A DNA stretch of 64,000 nt from Hormoscilla sp. (GTDB lineage: Bacteria; Cyanobacteriota; Cyanobacteriia; Cyanobacteriales; Desertifilaceae), in assembly GCA_051439505.1 (NCBI GenBank), contig JBFRWI010000053.1, positions 1-64,000 on the forward strand. The letters are read 5' to 3'. Positions 29,517-38,909 of the stretch are shown here, piece by piece. Under the pieces are notes generated by a model that searched no databases, had not been told where the DNA came from, and saw only the letters and a program-made list of their open reading frames with translations. Position numbers and translations under genes: made by a program. How positions within the stretch are numbered: the first letter of the stretch is position 1; the number at the start of each line of letters is the position of its first letter.

Positions 29517-30894
29517 CCTGTTCCCTGCTATCCCTTGAAATCTTGTCCTCCGACGCGAAACCCAAACTTGCTTCAATCTGAAAGTCGATCGTCCCATTGC
29601 CACATGATTTATCCTCTGATTTTACTCTAAAGATCGCTGCATCTATACAGCGGGCTAAGTAAACGAATTCCCCATCCACCATACCAGATACTCCGGCATT
29701 CAAAAAATAAACTCCCGGGTGCAGCAGGCAGTGAAATCTAAATTTTACGCTTACCACTTGCTCGGCCTCAAAATCCATGATATCATGAAAAGAAGGAGAA
29801 CAGGAAGCCCCTCCCAACTCCAATCCACTGACAGTTTTAATCAGCATGCCAAACCGGACATTCTGGGCGGGCTGCAAAAACTGAACTGCATAGCGGTAAA
29901 GGTACTCGCGACGCCCGACCAAATGATTTACCAGATGACCGGTGGCGATCGTAGTTATCCCGGGATTGATGATTTTCGCCCCTCTGCTAATGTAGGATAT
30001 CGTATTTTCCGGATTTAGGGAAGGATCGTAAAATTCTAGCATATCTTCGGCAATTTTACCATTTATGTGGATATCCTTTGACCCCATCATTATTTTCTTC
30101 TCGCCCAGCAACTTTTCATTAGCTTGGCGGAGTTCTTGCCGTAAGGATGCTACCCGATCGCCCGGGGCATAAATTAACTCCTGATATTTAGAAACGACAA
30201 ACTTAGGAGTGCCCTGCAAGATCAGTTCGCCTCCGTCCAAGAGGATAGCCCGATCGCACAATTCCACGATGGTAGCAGCAGCATGGGAGACAAACAAAAT
30301 CGTTCCCCCCCGATCGCGAAGATCTTGAATGCGAGCAAAACACTTACGTTGGAAAGCTTCATCACCCACGGAAAGGGCCTCATCCACTATCAAAATATCA
30401 GGTTCAGCGCTAGTAGCGACAGCAAAAGCCAAGCGAACGAACATGCCACTAGAGTAAGTTTTAACAGGTTGTTCGAGGAAATCGCCAATATCAGCAAAAC
30501 TAGCTATATCATCAAATTTACTCTCTATCTCCCGGCGACTTAGTCCCAAGAGTTGTCCATTAAAAAAGACATTTTGCCGACCGGTAAACTCCGGGTTAAA
30601 GCCGCTGCCAAGTTCCAAGAGAGCCGAAATTCTTCCTTTGACCTCAACTGTACCCGTAGTCGGCGTGAGAGTAGCAGCAATAATTTGCAGCAGGGTACTT
30701 TTCCCGGAACCATTGCGTCCGACAATACCCAGAGTTTGTCCTTTGGGAACTTCCAGATTCAGATCCCGCAAAGCCCAAAACTTCTGTGCCAAACTTTTAC
30801 CAGGCAGCAATATCTCTTTCAGGCGGTCCGCCGGACGGGCATAGCGCTGAAAGCACTTGGATATTTTCTTTAGTGAAATGGCAATTTCACTCAT
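29494..30894 (-). CDS. wzt: Wzt polysaccharide ABC exporter ATPase with C-terminal carbohydrate-binding domain
   Basis: GRNGSGKST, PVKTYSSGMFVRLAFA, IVDEALSVGD; ~150-aa C-terminal extension with LHPGVYFL. Confidence 0.93.
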   Translation of the reverse strand: MSEIAISLKKISKCFQRYARPADRLKEILLPGKSLAQKFWALRDLNLEVPKGQTLGIVGRNGSGKSTLLQIIAATLTPTTGTVEVKGRISALLELGSGFNPEFTGRQNVFFNGQLLGLSRREIESKFDDIASFADIGDFLEQPVKTYSSGMFVRLAFAVATSAEPDILIVDEALSVGDEAFQRKCFARIQDLRDRGGTILFVSHAAATIVELCDRAILLDGGELILQGTPKFVVSKYQELIYAPGDRVASLRQELRQANEKLLGEKKIMMGSKDIHINGKIAEDMLEFYDPSLNPENTISYISRGAKIINPGITTIATGHLVNHLVGRREYLYRYAVQFLQPAQNVRFGMLIKTVSGLELGGASCSPSFHDIMDFEAEQVVSVKFRFHCLLHPGVYFLNAGVSGMVDGEFVYLARCIDAAIFRVKSEDKSCGNGTIDFQIEASLGFASEDKISRDSREQGDCFGGG

Positions 30895-30931
30895 ACAACT
30901 TGGATTTTATATCTCGTTACCAGGCTCAACC

Positions 30932-31095
30932 GGGCGTGGTCACAAGCAGTTGATAGTCATTTGCCGCCGATAACTGTAGGGGCGACTGGCAATAATTGCG
31001 CAAATGATGACATCACAAGATAGATGTTCGCGCCCGTTTGCAACGCCGGGGCCCCTCGCGAGGTCTCCCCGTACCAACTGTTTTTGACCACACCC
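30932..31095. mobile_element. GGGTGTGGTCAAAA-family MITE, inverted relative to the 23651 copy
   Basis: GGGCGTGGTCACAA ... CCCCGTACCAACTGTTTTTGACCACACCC; no target duplication seen. Confidence 0.75.
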
Positions 31096-31101
31096 TATAA
31101 A

Positions 31102-31798
31102 AACGTTCATCAGAGCGAAAAAACGTTCATTTGGGTTAGACGAACGTTTTTTTATGTTATCCGAATGTCGTGAGGGACAAAATCAACGTTTCTCAGTGTT
31201 ATCCTCACGTTCATCAAGAGGGAATCAACGTTAATCAGGACAAAATTAACGTTTTTTTTATGTTATCCGAATGTCGTGAGGGACGAAATCAACGTTTCTC
31301 AGTGTTAGACCAACGTTCATCAAGAGGGAATCAACGTTAATCAGGACGAAATTAACTTTTTTTATGTTATCCTCACGTCGTGAGGGACTACATCAGCGTT
31401 TCTCAGTGTTATCCTCACGTTCATTAAGAGGGAATCAACGTTAATCAGGACGAAATTAACGTTTCTTTATGTTAGACCAACGTCGTGAGGGACGAAATTA
31501 ACGTTTCTTTATGTTAGACCAACGTTCATCAAGAGGGAATCAACGTTAATAAGGACGAAGTCAACGTTTCTTTATGTTATCCTCACGTCGTGAGGGACGA
31601 AATTAACGTTTCTCAGTGTTATCCTCACGTTCATCAAGAGGGAATCACGTTCATCAAGAGGGAATCAACGTTAATCAGGACGAAATCAACGTATCTTTAT
31701 GTTAGACCAACGTATCTTTATGTTAGACGAACGTTGATTTATGTTAGACAAACCTCCCTTTGGGTTAGACAAACCTCCCTTTGGGTTAGACAAACGTT
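31102..31798. repeat. Satellite array 1: 33 monomers of 20-22 bp (AACGT core) with a 5-monomer (~105 bp) higher-order repeat
   Basis: Monomers start at 31143, 31164, 31185, 31206, 31227, 31248 and so on; five unit types cycle in fixed order. Confidence 0.95.
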
Positions 31799-31864
31799 TA
31801 GATCGGCAATATAAGCGCTTGTAGGATCTGCATCATTAGTACATTATTAAACCGTACCCTGGGA

Positions 31865-32665
31865 CTAGAGGACATCAGCAAAAGCTGGGCGCAGGCGTTG
31901 ATAAACCCAGAATCCACCGGAGAAAATAACGACAGAGACAACAGTGGCGATCGCCCATTCAGCCACATGCTCCACCCGTCCGGTGAGAATCAGGTCGCGA
32001 TAGACCTGAACGATCGCCGCCAGGGGGTTAAGCCAAAGTACCCAGGCCCGCCAAGGTTCGGGAATCACATTAGCAGGATAGACGATCGGGGTGACATAGA
32101 ACCAGAGATTAGTCAGGACCGCCAGGGTTTGGGGCACATCCCGGAGAAATACAGTCAATCCAGCGGCCAAGTAACCCAGACCCACGGTCAGCAACAGCTG
32201 GGGCAACCAGACCAGGGGCAAAAGCCAGATAGTACCATGAAGGGTCTGGGAGAACAAGCCAGTGAAGACAATTAAGGCCAGCATTCCCAATCCACTTTCA
32301 ATAAAAGCCGCAAAAATTGGCACCAGAGGCAGCAAGGCCAAAGGAAAGACCACCTTCTTGACCAAATTTGGCTGCGCGATCGCAGAAGTAGACGCCTGCA
32401 ATAACCCAGTAATAAAGGTCGTCCAAGGCAGCAAGCCGGCGAACAGCCAGAGGCCAAAGGTGAAATTGTTCGCCGGTACGCCAGCCAAACTGAGCTTCAC
32501 CTTCAGGACGATCGAGAAGACATAGGTATAGATCAGCAACTGTGATAGCTGGTTCAACAAAGGCCATAAATTACCCAGAACCGAACCCTTGTATCGGGCT
32601 TCCAAATCCCGCTGCACCAGAGTCAGCAGCAGGTTAGCTTTCGGCGACCACCGGTTATAAGTCAT
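31865..32665 (-). CDS. wzm: Wzm ABC-2 permease
   Basis: RDLEARYKGSVLGNLW, NLVKKVVFP, FLRDV, FYVTPIVYP, LNPL, FADVL. Confidence 0.94.
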   Translation of the reverse strand: MTYNRWSPKANLLLTLVQRDLEARYKGSVLGNLWPLLNQLSQLLIYTYVFSIVLKVKLSLAGVPANNFTFGLWLFAGLLPWTTFITGLLQASTSAIAQPNLVKKVVFPLALLPLVPIFAAFIESGLGMLALIVFTGLFSQTLHGTIWLLPLVWLPQLLLTVGLGYLAAGLTVFLRDVPQTLAVLTNLWFYVTPIVYPANVIPEPWRAWVLWLNPLAAIVQVYRDLILTGRVEHVAEWAIATVVSVVIFSGGFWVYQRLRPAFADVL

Positions 32666-32970
32666 TCCTAGTCAGCACTAATGGTTCGTAGTAAGACACA
32701 CTTTACGGCTTACTGGCTTGAGGACTAAAGTCCTCACTACGAACCTGTACGATCAAATAATGATAAATTTTCAATTATAAACCGTAAATAGGCGGTTGGG
32801 CTTATGAGAGAATTGCTTAGGGGTGAGGTCGATGCCCTAGATCAGAAAGAGCACCGACGACTGGCCGTGTTTCGTCTCGGTGCCCTCACTGGTTCGCTCC
32901 TCACACGGTTCCTACTATAACCCACTTCCAAAGATTTGTCACCCCCGATCGCAATTTTTTTGGATAAATC

Positions 32971-33909
32971 TTAAATTTCGCTGGGAGCAAAAACGCCCAA
33001 AACCTCTGACAGCAACAATTTCAGCATTTTCTGAACTGCTAAAATTAGTCCCAATCTCGCAGTCGCCAACTCCGGTTTCTGGGTTTTTACCTCCCCCCAA
33101 ATCCGACAATCTCTCTCAAAAGTCAGGAAACTCTGACTTAATAACTGGACTAATTGGACAGCGGTGCGGACTTGGGGTAGACGATCGGGACAACAAAGTG
33201 CATCCACCGTTGTTAACAACCGGTCAATCAACTGGCGTTCGGCTGGATGCACCAGTCGTAGTTGTCCCTCGCCAGTGAGCCAGTCAATGGGCCCGATCGC
33301 CCGCCAGAGGAGTGTCGCCGGCGGTGGGTTGGGCTCCAGGGCGATCGACCCCGATCGCTCGCCGTTCCGCAGCAGGGAGCAACAGCGCGCATGAGCATAT
33401 TGCCACAGAAATACATTGGTAGCGAGTAGTTGATTTCGGTCAGACCGGACCAGGCCAACCCACTCGGAACTGATTGGGACTGAGGTTTGTGTAAAAAATT
33501 GCAGCCAATGGGCTAAACTAGAATCTCCCAGGCTCACCTGAATCCAACCAGGACTCGCTACTTCGATAGTGAAATCATCCCCAAAAGCCTCTCGTAACCC
33601 GTATTCCAGATGGGTGACGTATGACTGGGCTAGGTCCAGGGGTCTCAGCTGTCGGGAGCGGGCTAGTCGGAGGGCGATCGCCGACCTGTAGAGGATGCTA
33701 GCACCATCGTCATAACCCTCCCAGACCATAGCCTTGAGGGGATCCCGGTCAGAGGAAGTCCGTGTAATATTCTGTAGGTCGATCGCCTGCAAAAGCCGAT
33801 CGAGTAGCAGACACTTAAAAGCAGGACATGCAGCAGTAGGGAAAACCCTCCGAGTTAATGGCTGTTCCGGGAGACAGGGCCGGGACGTAGAAACCACTGA
33901 TTTACACAA
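32971..33909 (-). CDS. Stand-alone DALR anticodon-binding-domain protein (ArgRS-like, no catalytic domain)
   Basis: PGWIQV, QYAHARCCSLL, ARLGLI, LGVFAPSEI; start uncertain. Confidence 0.8.
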   Translation of the reverse strand: MCKSVVSTSRPCLPEQPLTRRVFPTAACPAFKCLLLDRLLQAIDLQNITRTSSDRDPLKAMVWEGYDDGASILYRSAIALRLARSRQLRPLDLAQSYVTHLEYGLREAFGDDFTIEVASPGWIQVSLGDSSLAHWLQFFTQTSVPISSEWVGLVRSDRNQLLATNVFLWQYAHARCCSLLRNGERSGSIALEPNPPPATLLWRAIGPIDWLTGEGQLRLVHPAERQLIDRLLTTVDALCCPDRLPQVRTAVQLVQLLSQSFLTFERDCRIWGEVKTQKPELATARLGLILAVQKMLKLLLSEVLGVFAPSEI

Positions 33910-34183
33910 AACAATTTTTCCTTGGTCGAGAACAGGTATTTTTTGCTACTCTATTAATGGGACAAATGATGAATAAAAGGCTTCCCAGGGCTATATATAT
34001 CTGGGTAAGTTCTATCCGGTGCCGTGTTTCCTAAAAGACACAACCCCAGACACCGGGCGTTATTTGCCTTCTTTGATTGTAGCTCATTACCCCTTGGAAC
34101 TCTACCGATTTCCGATGGGCGCAGCACTGCCGGTTGTGGGTTAACAACCTTCTATACCATCCTACCTTTACAATTGGTCGCTT

Positions 34184-34894
34184 ATGTTATCACTTTCTCC
34201 AGAATCAGAGACATCTCGGCCCTTTTTAACTTGGCAACGAATTATTGACTGGGCCCAAGAACATTACAGGTGTCGCAATTTTAACAAAGATGATAAAGTT
34301 CCCGTGCGCCCAGGATTACTCTATTTAGTACAACGGGGTGCTGTCCGACTGGTAAGCATTTCCCAAGTCAGTGCCTCTGCTACTAGCACCTCCTCGCGAT
34401 TCACTCGCCATCGAGATAGCGACTGGACCCCAGAAGAATCTTTTTTAGGTTTTGTTGGAGCTGGACAGCCTTTTGAGATTGTAGCACAGTCGCCCTTTAC
34501 TATTCAAAGTTATGCCCATATAGACAAAACCTCTGTGGTGTGGATGTACTGGAACGATTTGGATAACTGGCCTCACTTCCGCCGAGAGGTGATGGATGCT
34601 TTTCGCTATCAGCACCAGCGGAAGCTGTTATGGTTGAGTACCCTGGGACAACGGCGTACTATTGACCGACTCTTAGGATTTCTCACCCTGTTGGTTGAGG
34701 AATACGGCGAATCCTGCGACAAAGGTTATTGTCTGCCTTGGTCTTTAACTCATGCCCAAATTGGTAGCGCCATTGGTTCTACTCGCGTGACTGTTACCCG
34801 CTTGATGGGCAAGTTGCGATCGAAGGGTTTAATCCGCACTGAGGGAGATAATCAGATTTGTTTACCCACCCCTGATAATGCTGACTCTCGGTAA
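34184..34894 (+). CDS. devH: DevH-type Crp/Fnr regulator
   Basis: SRPFLTWQRIIDWAQEHYRCR, DLDNWPHFRREVMDAFRYQHQRKLLWL, LTHAQIGSAIGSTRVTVTR as recalled for Anabaena DevH. Confidence 0.85.
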   Translation: MLSLSPESETSRPFLTWQRIIDWAQEHYRCRNFNKDDKVPVRPGLLYLVQRGAVRLVSISQVSASATSTSSRFTRHRDSDWTPEESFLGFVGAGQPFEIVAQSPFTIQSYAHIDKTSVVWMYWNDLDNWPHFRREVMDAFRYQHQRKLLWLSTLGQRRTIDRLLGFLTLLVEEYGESCDKGYCLPWSLTHAQIGSAIGSTRVTVTRLMGKLRSKGLIRTEGDNQICLPTPDNADSR

Positions 34895-34999
34895 TATTAA
34901 TTGTTAGTTGTCAATGCTCACCTTATCCTGTTAAATGTCGGGTGGGCATTGCCAGCATTACCCACCTTTGCCTCGGGCTACTGGTAGCAGTATCGGCAG

Positions 35000-35344
35000 T
35001 TATTCCCATTCCAGAGTCAACTTAGGCATGAGGCGCTTCAAGTTCTTCAAGGACTTGCCCTGCCAGGGAATGCCTTCAGAGCCTTGTACCAAGATGGTAA
35101 CATTTTTTTTCGGACGTACCTTGATGACAAACTTCGAGAGCATACTGATGCCAGAACTATTGAGAAATTCTAGCTGACGTAGGTCGAGCGTAATCTGCGG
35201 CGGCTCATTCTCAGCCATCTGATTAAGCAACTCGACAATTGGCCTATACTCCTCCATCCCGCTGAGTCGGAGCGAACCAGTAAATTTCACAGTCACAGTT
35301 TCCGATTCGTAACAGATATTGTAGTCTTCGGTTTTAATCTCCAT
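35000..35344 (-). CDS. Slr1659-like STAS-domain protein
   Basis: GSLRL, LDLRQLEFLNSSGISML, WQGKSLKNL. Confidence 0.85.
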   Translation of the reverse strand: MEIKTEDYNICYESETVTVKFTGSLRLSGMEEYRPIVELLNQMAENEPPQITLDLRQLEFLNSSGISMLSKFVIKVRPKKNVTILVQGSEGIPWQGKSLKNLKRLMPKLTLEWE

Positions 35345-35377
35345 TTCCCCTCCTTAGACGTTATTGGCACAAAGAGT

Positions 35378-35959
35378 CTATACAGTCAATTGCACCATTG
35401 TAGTCACGGCGATCACTTCCGGGTCTTTTTGGACAGTCTCAAACTTCCAGCCGATCCTCGCCATATAATCATTCATCATTGTCAGGTAGCCTAGCTTAGA
35501 GGAGGTATTGTTCTCGTCTAGAGCCTGTTGCTCTAACTGACGAATATACAACTCTTCGGGGTCTTCTGTTGTTAACTGCTTGATGTATGCCTGAAATTCC
35601 TGGACTTGTTGAGGATCGACGCTGTTAGCGATCGCGAACACCAGTTGATCGTTCTGCATTTGCAGTCTAATGCTAATGGGGTGTTGCGAGGTAGGATCGT
35701 TAAACTTCATGGCATTTTCTAATAACTCATTAGCAATGTAGCTAACAGCACCTTTAATCTCTGCTTGCCTGTTTTTCTTTGCAGTATCCTTTTCATCGCC
35801 CGGAAAGAATGTTGTCAAGTAGTCACCTAGAAAATCAGCGGACAAGCCATTGTTTCGCCATCTTTGCTTTAGGGGCACCGAACTAGGCGAAAATCCAATT
35901 ATCAAGTATTCCGGACTCAAGGGCATACCTTCAATGAAGTCGCCGAATATTTCAGTCAT
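35378..35959 (-). CDS. Slr1658-like regulator (anti-sigma/HATPase-like kinase)
   Basis: KQRWRNNGLSADFL, YIANELLENAMKF, SKLGYLTMMNDY. Confidence 0.85.
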   Translation of the reverse strand: MTEIFGDFIEGMPLSPEYLIIGFSPSSVPLKQRWRNNGLSADFLGDYLTTFFPGDEKDTAKKNRQAEIKGAVSYIANELLENAMKFNDPTSQHPISIRLQMQNDQLVFAIANSVDPQQVQEFQAYIKQLTTEDPEELYIRQLEQQALDENNTSSKLGYLTMMNDYMARIGWKFETVQKDPEVIAVTTMVQLTV

Positions 35960-35968
35960 AATTCATCC

Positions 35969-36088
35969 TCAAACTCCAACTACCTGTTGCTGGCCGATAT
36001 GCGATCGCACGTCATCTATAACTGCTTGCCTGATTTGGTCAGCCGACCCTTGGCAGCGTTCTCTGACTACCGCACTGTTCTCGCCCAT
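35969..36088 (-). pseudogene. C-terminal remnant of a SpoIIE/PP2C-type phosphatase
   Basis: My translation: MGENSAVVRERCQGSADQIRQAVIDDVRSHIGQQQVVGV*; resembles the SpoIIE tail but lacks DDIT. Confidence 0.6.
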
Positions 36089-36268
36089 ATTGTACTTTAT
36101 GATAGCGGTTTTCACTCTTACGTGAGGTACATCAACGATCCCCGATCCTGATGATTGGCCTATTGTAGCAACAGCTTTGGCGTTCCCACAAGAGGTGAGA
36201 AATCTTTACTTGGGCGATCGTAATACTCCATATACTACAGATGAGAGCATATTGGCCAACAGTATCCG

Positions 36269-37615
36269 TTACCTTAACCCAACCTGTCTCAGACAAGTTT
36301 CAATCAACTCGGCAACTCCTGCCACTGGCAAAATCGGCGTCTCCAACCTTAACTCTAATTCCGCAACCGATCGATCGTCTAAAAACAGAGTATCCCCATG
36401 CTTCAGCATCAAAGATGGCAGCAAAATCCCATCTCCCAAATCTCGTCCTTGTAAACCTTGCAGCAAATCTGCACCCGTCAGCAACCCTGTCACGGTAATC
36501 TCCTGTCCCCAATATTGACTATTTAGGGCCACCAGATTGACCTCTAATCCTGCCACCTGATTTAATTGTTCCACCAGGGGTTGAAATGCCTTTTCGACCG
36601 CATTGCCCACCACCCAAGTATACCGGCGCGGCGGTTCCACAGATGCAATCAATCGTTCATCAGCAATTTCCTGAAATTCTTGAATAAACAGGCGAATTGA
36701 ACCCACACCATTCCCAATTTGGGGATAATCTTCATAATGGGATTCAGGTGGCAATTCTTCTCCAGCAATCAAAAACCACTCATCCGCTAACCAAACGACA
36801 TTAGTTCCCATCTCCTGGCGGAATTCTGCCTGAAGCGCTTGTACTTGTGCGATCGCTTCCCGGGCCTTTTCGGGTGTGACAGGGATTAATTCATCATCAG
36901 GGGGGCGAAACTTAGTTAATCCCACTGGCACCACTGCTACAGATGCTACAGCGGGAATTTCACTTTCGTAGAATGATGCTAAATCTCGCAGAGTTATTTC
37001 CAGATGTTGACCGTCATTAATCCCAGGACAAACAACCACTTGCGCGTGAATTTGTAGCCGTCGTGCTTGAAACCACTCCAACTGTTGTAAAATTAATCCC
37101 GCCCGAGGATTTTTTAGCAAGCGACTTCGCACCGATGGTTCCGTTGCATGGACGGAAACATAGAGGGGAGATAGTCGCATCTGCTCAATTCTCTCCCATT
37201 CTCCCTGGGTAAGATTGGTTAAAGTCAAGTAACTCCCGTAAAGGAAACTCAGACGGTAATCATCATCTTTCAGGTATAAACTTTCCCGCTTTCCGGGTGG
37301 TTGCTGGTCGATAAAGCAAAAAGGACAGCGGTTATTACATTGCATCAAGCCATCAAATAGGGCGGTTTCAAATTCCAACCCTAAGTCTTCATCGTAATCT
37401 TTCTCAATTTCAATTTGATGACTTTGACCCGCAGCATCTAATACTTCTAGTTCCAGGAATTCATCCGCGCACAAAAACTGATAGTCAATCAAGTCCCGGG
37501 GCCGATCGCCGTTAATAGCCACGATCGCATCACCAGATGCAAAGCCAATTTCCGCCGCGATCGATCCGGGCATAACTTTAGTAATCCTAGCAGGACGAAT
37601 AGAAAGATTGCTCAT
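36269..37615 (-). CDS. TIGR03279-family radical-SAM-like protein (PDZ + DUF512)
   Basis: CNNRCPFCFIDQ, KDDDYRLSFLYG, ITVTGLLTG. Confidence 0.9.
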   Translation of the reverse strand: MSNLSIRPARITKVMPGSIAAEIGFASGDAIVAINGDRPRDLIDYQFLCADEFLELEVLDAAGQSHQIEIEKDYDEDLGLEFETALFDGLMQCNNRCPFCFIDQQPPGKRESLYLKDDDYRLSFLYGSYLTLTNLTQGEWERIEQMRLSPLYVSVHATEPSVRSRLLKNPRAGLILQQLEWFQARRLQIHAQVVVCPGINDGQHLEITLRDLASFYESEIPAVASVAVVPVGLTKFRPPDDELIPVTPEKAREAIAQVQALQAEFRQEMGTNVVWLADEWFLIAGEELPPESHYEDYPQIGNGVGSIRLFIQEFQEIADERLIASVEPPRRYTWVVGNAVEKAFQPLVEQLNQVAGLEVNLVALNSQYWGQEITVTGLLTGADLLQGLQGRDLGDGILLPSLMLKHGDTLFLDDRSVAELELRLETPILPVAGVAELIETCLRQVGLR

Positions 37616-37692
37616 TGTTAATTCTTCTTATTGTTCGTAGTAAGGACTTTAGTCCTTACCCTACCGAAGCACTAAAAGCACTAAAGTGCTTA

Positions 37693-38634
37693 CTACAAAC
37701 CAGTTGAGATTTGCCATCCCAGGATCGCCACCCCAAAGATCAGCCGATACAAGATAAAGATTAAGGTACTGCGAGATTGCAGGAAACGAATCAACCAGGC
37801 GATCGCCAGATAAGAGAAAACCCCCGAAGAGATCAAACCCACAATCAGGGGTATGAACCCAGCGCTACCCATGCCATCTTTGAGGACACCGACAAACTCA
37901 ACCAACCCAGCTAAAGTAATCGCGGGAATGCCCAAGAGAAAGGAAAAACGAGCCGCCGTTGCCCGTTCTAAACCCATAAACAACCCCGCCGTGATCGTCG
38001 AACCAGACCGAGAAACGCCAGGGACGATCGCCATTGCTTGGGCCAATCCCATCGTGATCCCATCTTGCATACCCAGCTGCTCAAAATCGCCCTTGCGACT
38101 GCCAATGCGTTCGGCAACACCCAGCAAAATAGCCATCACAATTGAGGCGATCGCGATCGCCGGCAGACTCCGCAGAGGGGAATTATCGTAGTCAGGCACG
38201 AATATTTTAATCAGCAACCCGAAAAAGACGATCGGGATTGTGCCCAAACCAATGCCTAAAGCGATCCGGAAATCCTGGGACTGATAATCCGATTTACCTA
38301 TAGCAGAGACAACCCCCTTGGTCAGTTTACTCAAATCCCCCCAAAAATACCATAGCACAGCCGCAATACTTCCCAACTGAATCACAGCTGTAAAAGCAAC
38401 ACCCGGATCCCCCCATCCCAGGGCCACTGGCACCACTTTCAAATGTGCCGTACTGCTGATCGGTATAAACTCCGTCATCCCTTGCACGAAACCTAAAACC
38501 GCAGCCTGAAATACATTCATCTGCGACATCTGTGAAGGAATTTCTTGACCGATCGCCTTTGTGGGCATCGTCAGTATAGCACTGACAACTGCTACCCCTG
38601 CGAATTTCAGCAATTTCTTTTTAGTAATCGACAT
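37693..38634 (-). CDS. uppP: Undecaprenyl-diphosphatase
   Basis: QGMTEFIPISSTAH, PGVSRSGSTI, ARFSFLL. Confidence 0.95.
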   Translation of the reverse strand: MSITKKKLLKFAGVAVVSAILTMPTKAIGQEIPSQMSQMNVFQAAVLGFVQGMTEFIPISSTAHLKVVPVALGWGDPGVAFTAVIQLGSIAAVLWYFWGDLSKLTKGVVSAIGKSDYQSQDFRIALGIGLGTIPIVFFGLLIKIFVPDYDNSPLRSLPAIAIASIVMAILLGVAERIGSRKGDFEQLGMQDGITMGLAQAMAIVPGVSRSGSTITAGLFMGLERATAARFSFLLGIPAITLAGLVEFVGVLKDGMGSAGFIPLIVGLISSGVFSYLAIAWLIRFLQSRSTLIFILYRLIFGVAILGWQISTGL

Positions 38635-38909
38635 GTTCCCTAAATATTGTTAGTTGTTAGTTGTCAGTTGTTAATTGTTAGCTGTTAATTGTTAGTTCTA
38701 CAATTTACAAGCTACAACTGACAATTTTTGTTGACTTAAGTAAAAACATGCAAGCAATAAATTACTTTTACACAACATCTGGGCGATCGCTCCCCTGCCC
38801 CCACGACCATCACCGGTCCCCTATCCCCAACTGCTGGCTTTTGATGGCAATCATTGCCATATCTGATATATTAAGAAAGATGAAGTTAAGTAAAGAAAAA
38901 TTAAAAGCA

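Noticed and set aside
31102..31798. Satellite array 1 as a CRISPR array
   Set aside because: The conserved core is only 5-6 bp, intervening segments recur rather than being unique spacers, and no cas genes are in the window
31590..31814. 74-aa ORF with RQTSLWV heptads as a real gene
   Set aside because: It covers only the end of the array, has no clear RBS, and upstream monomers break the frame
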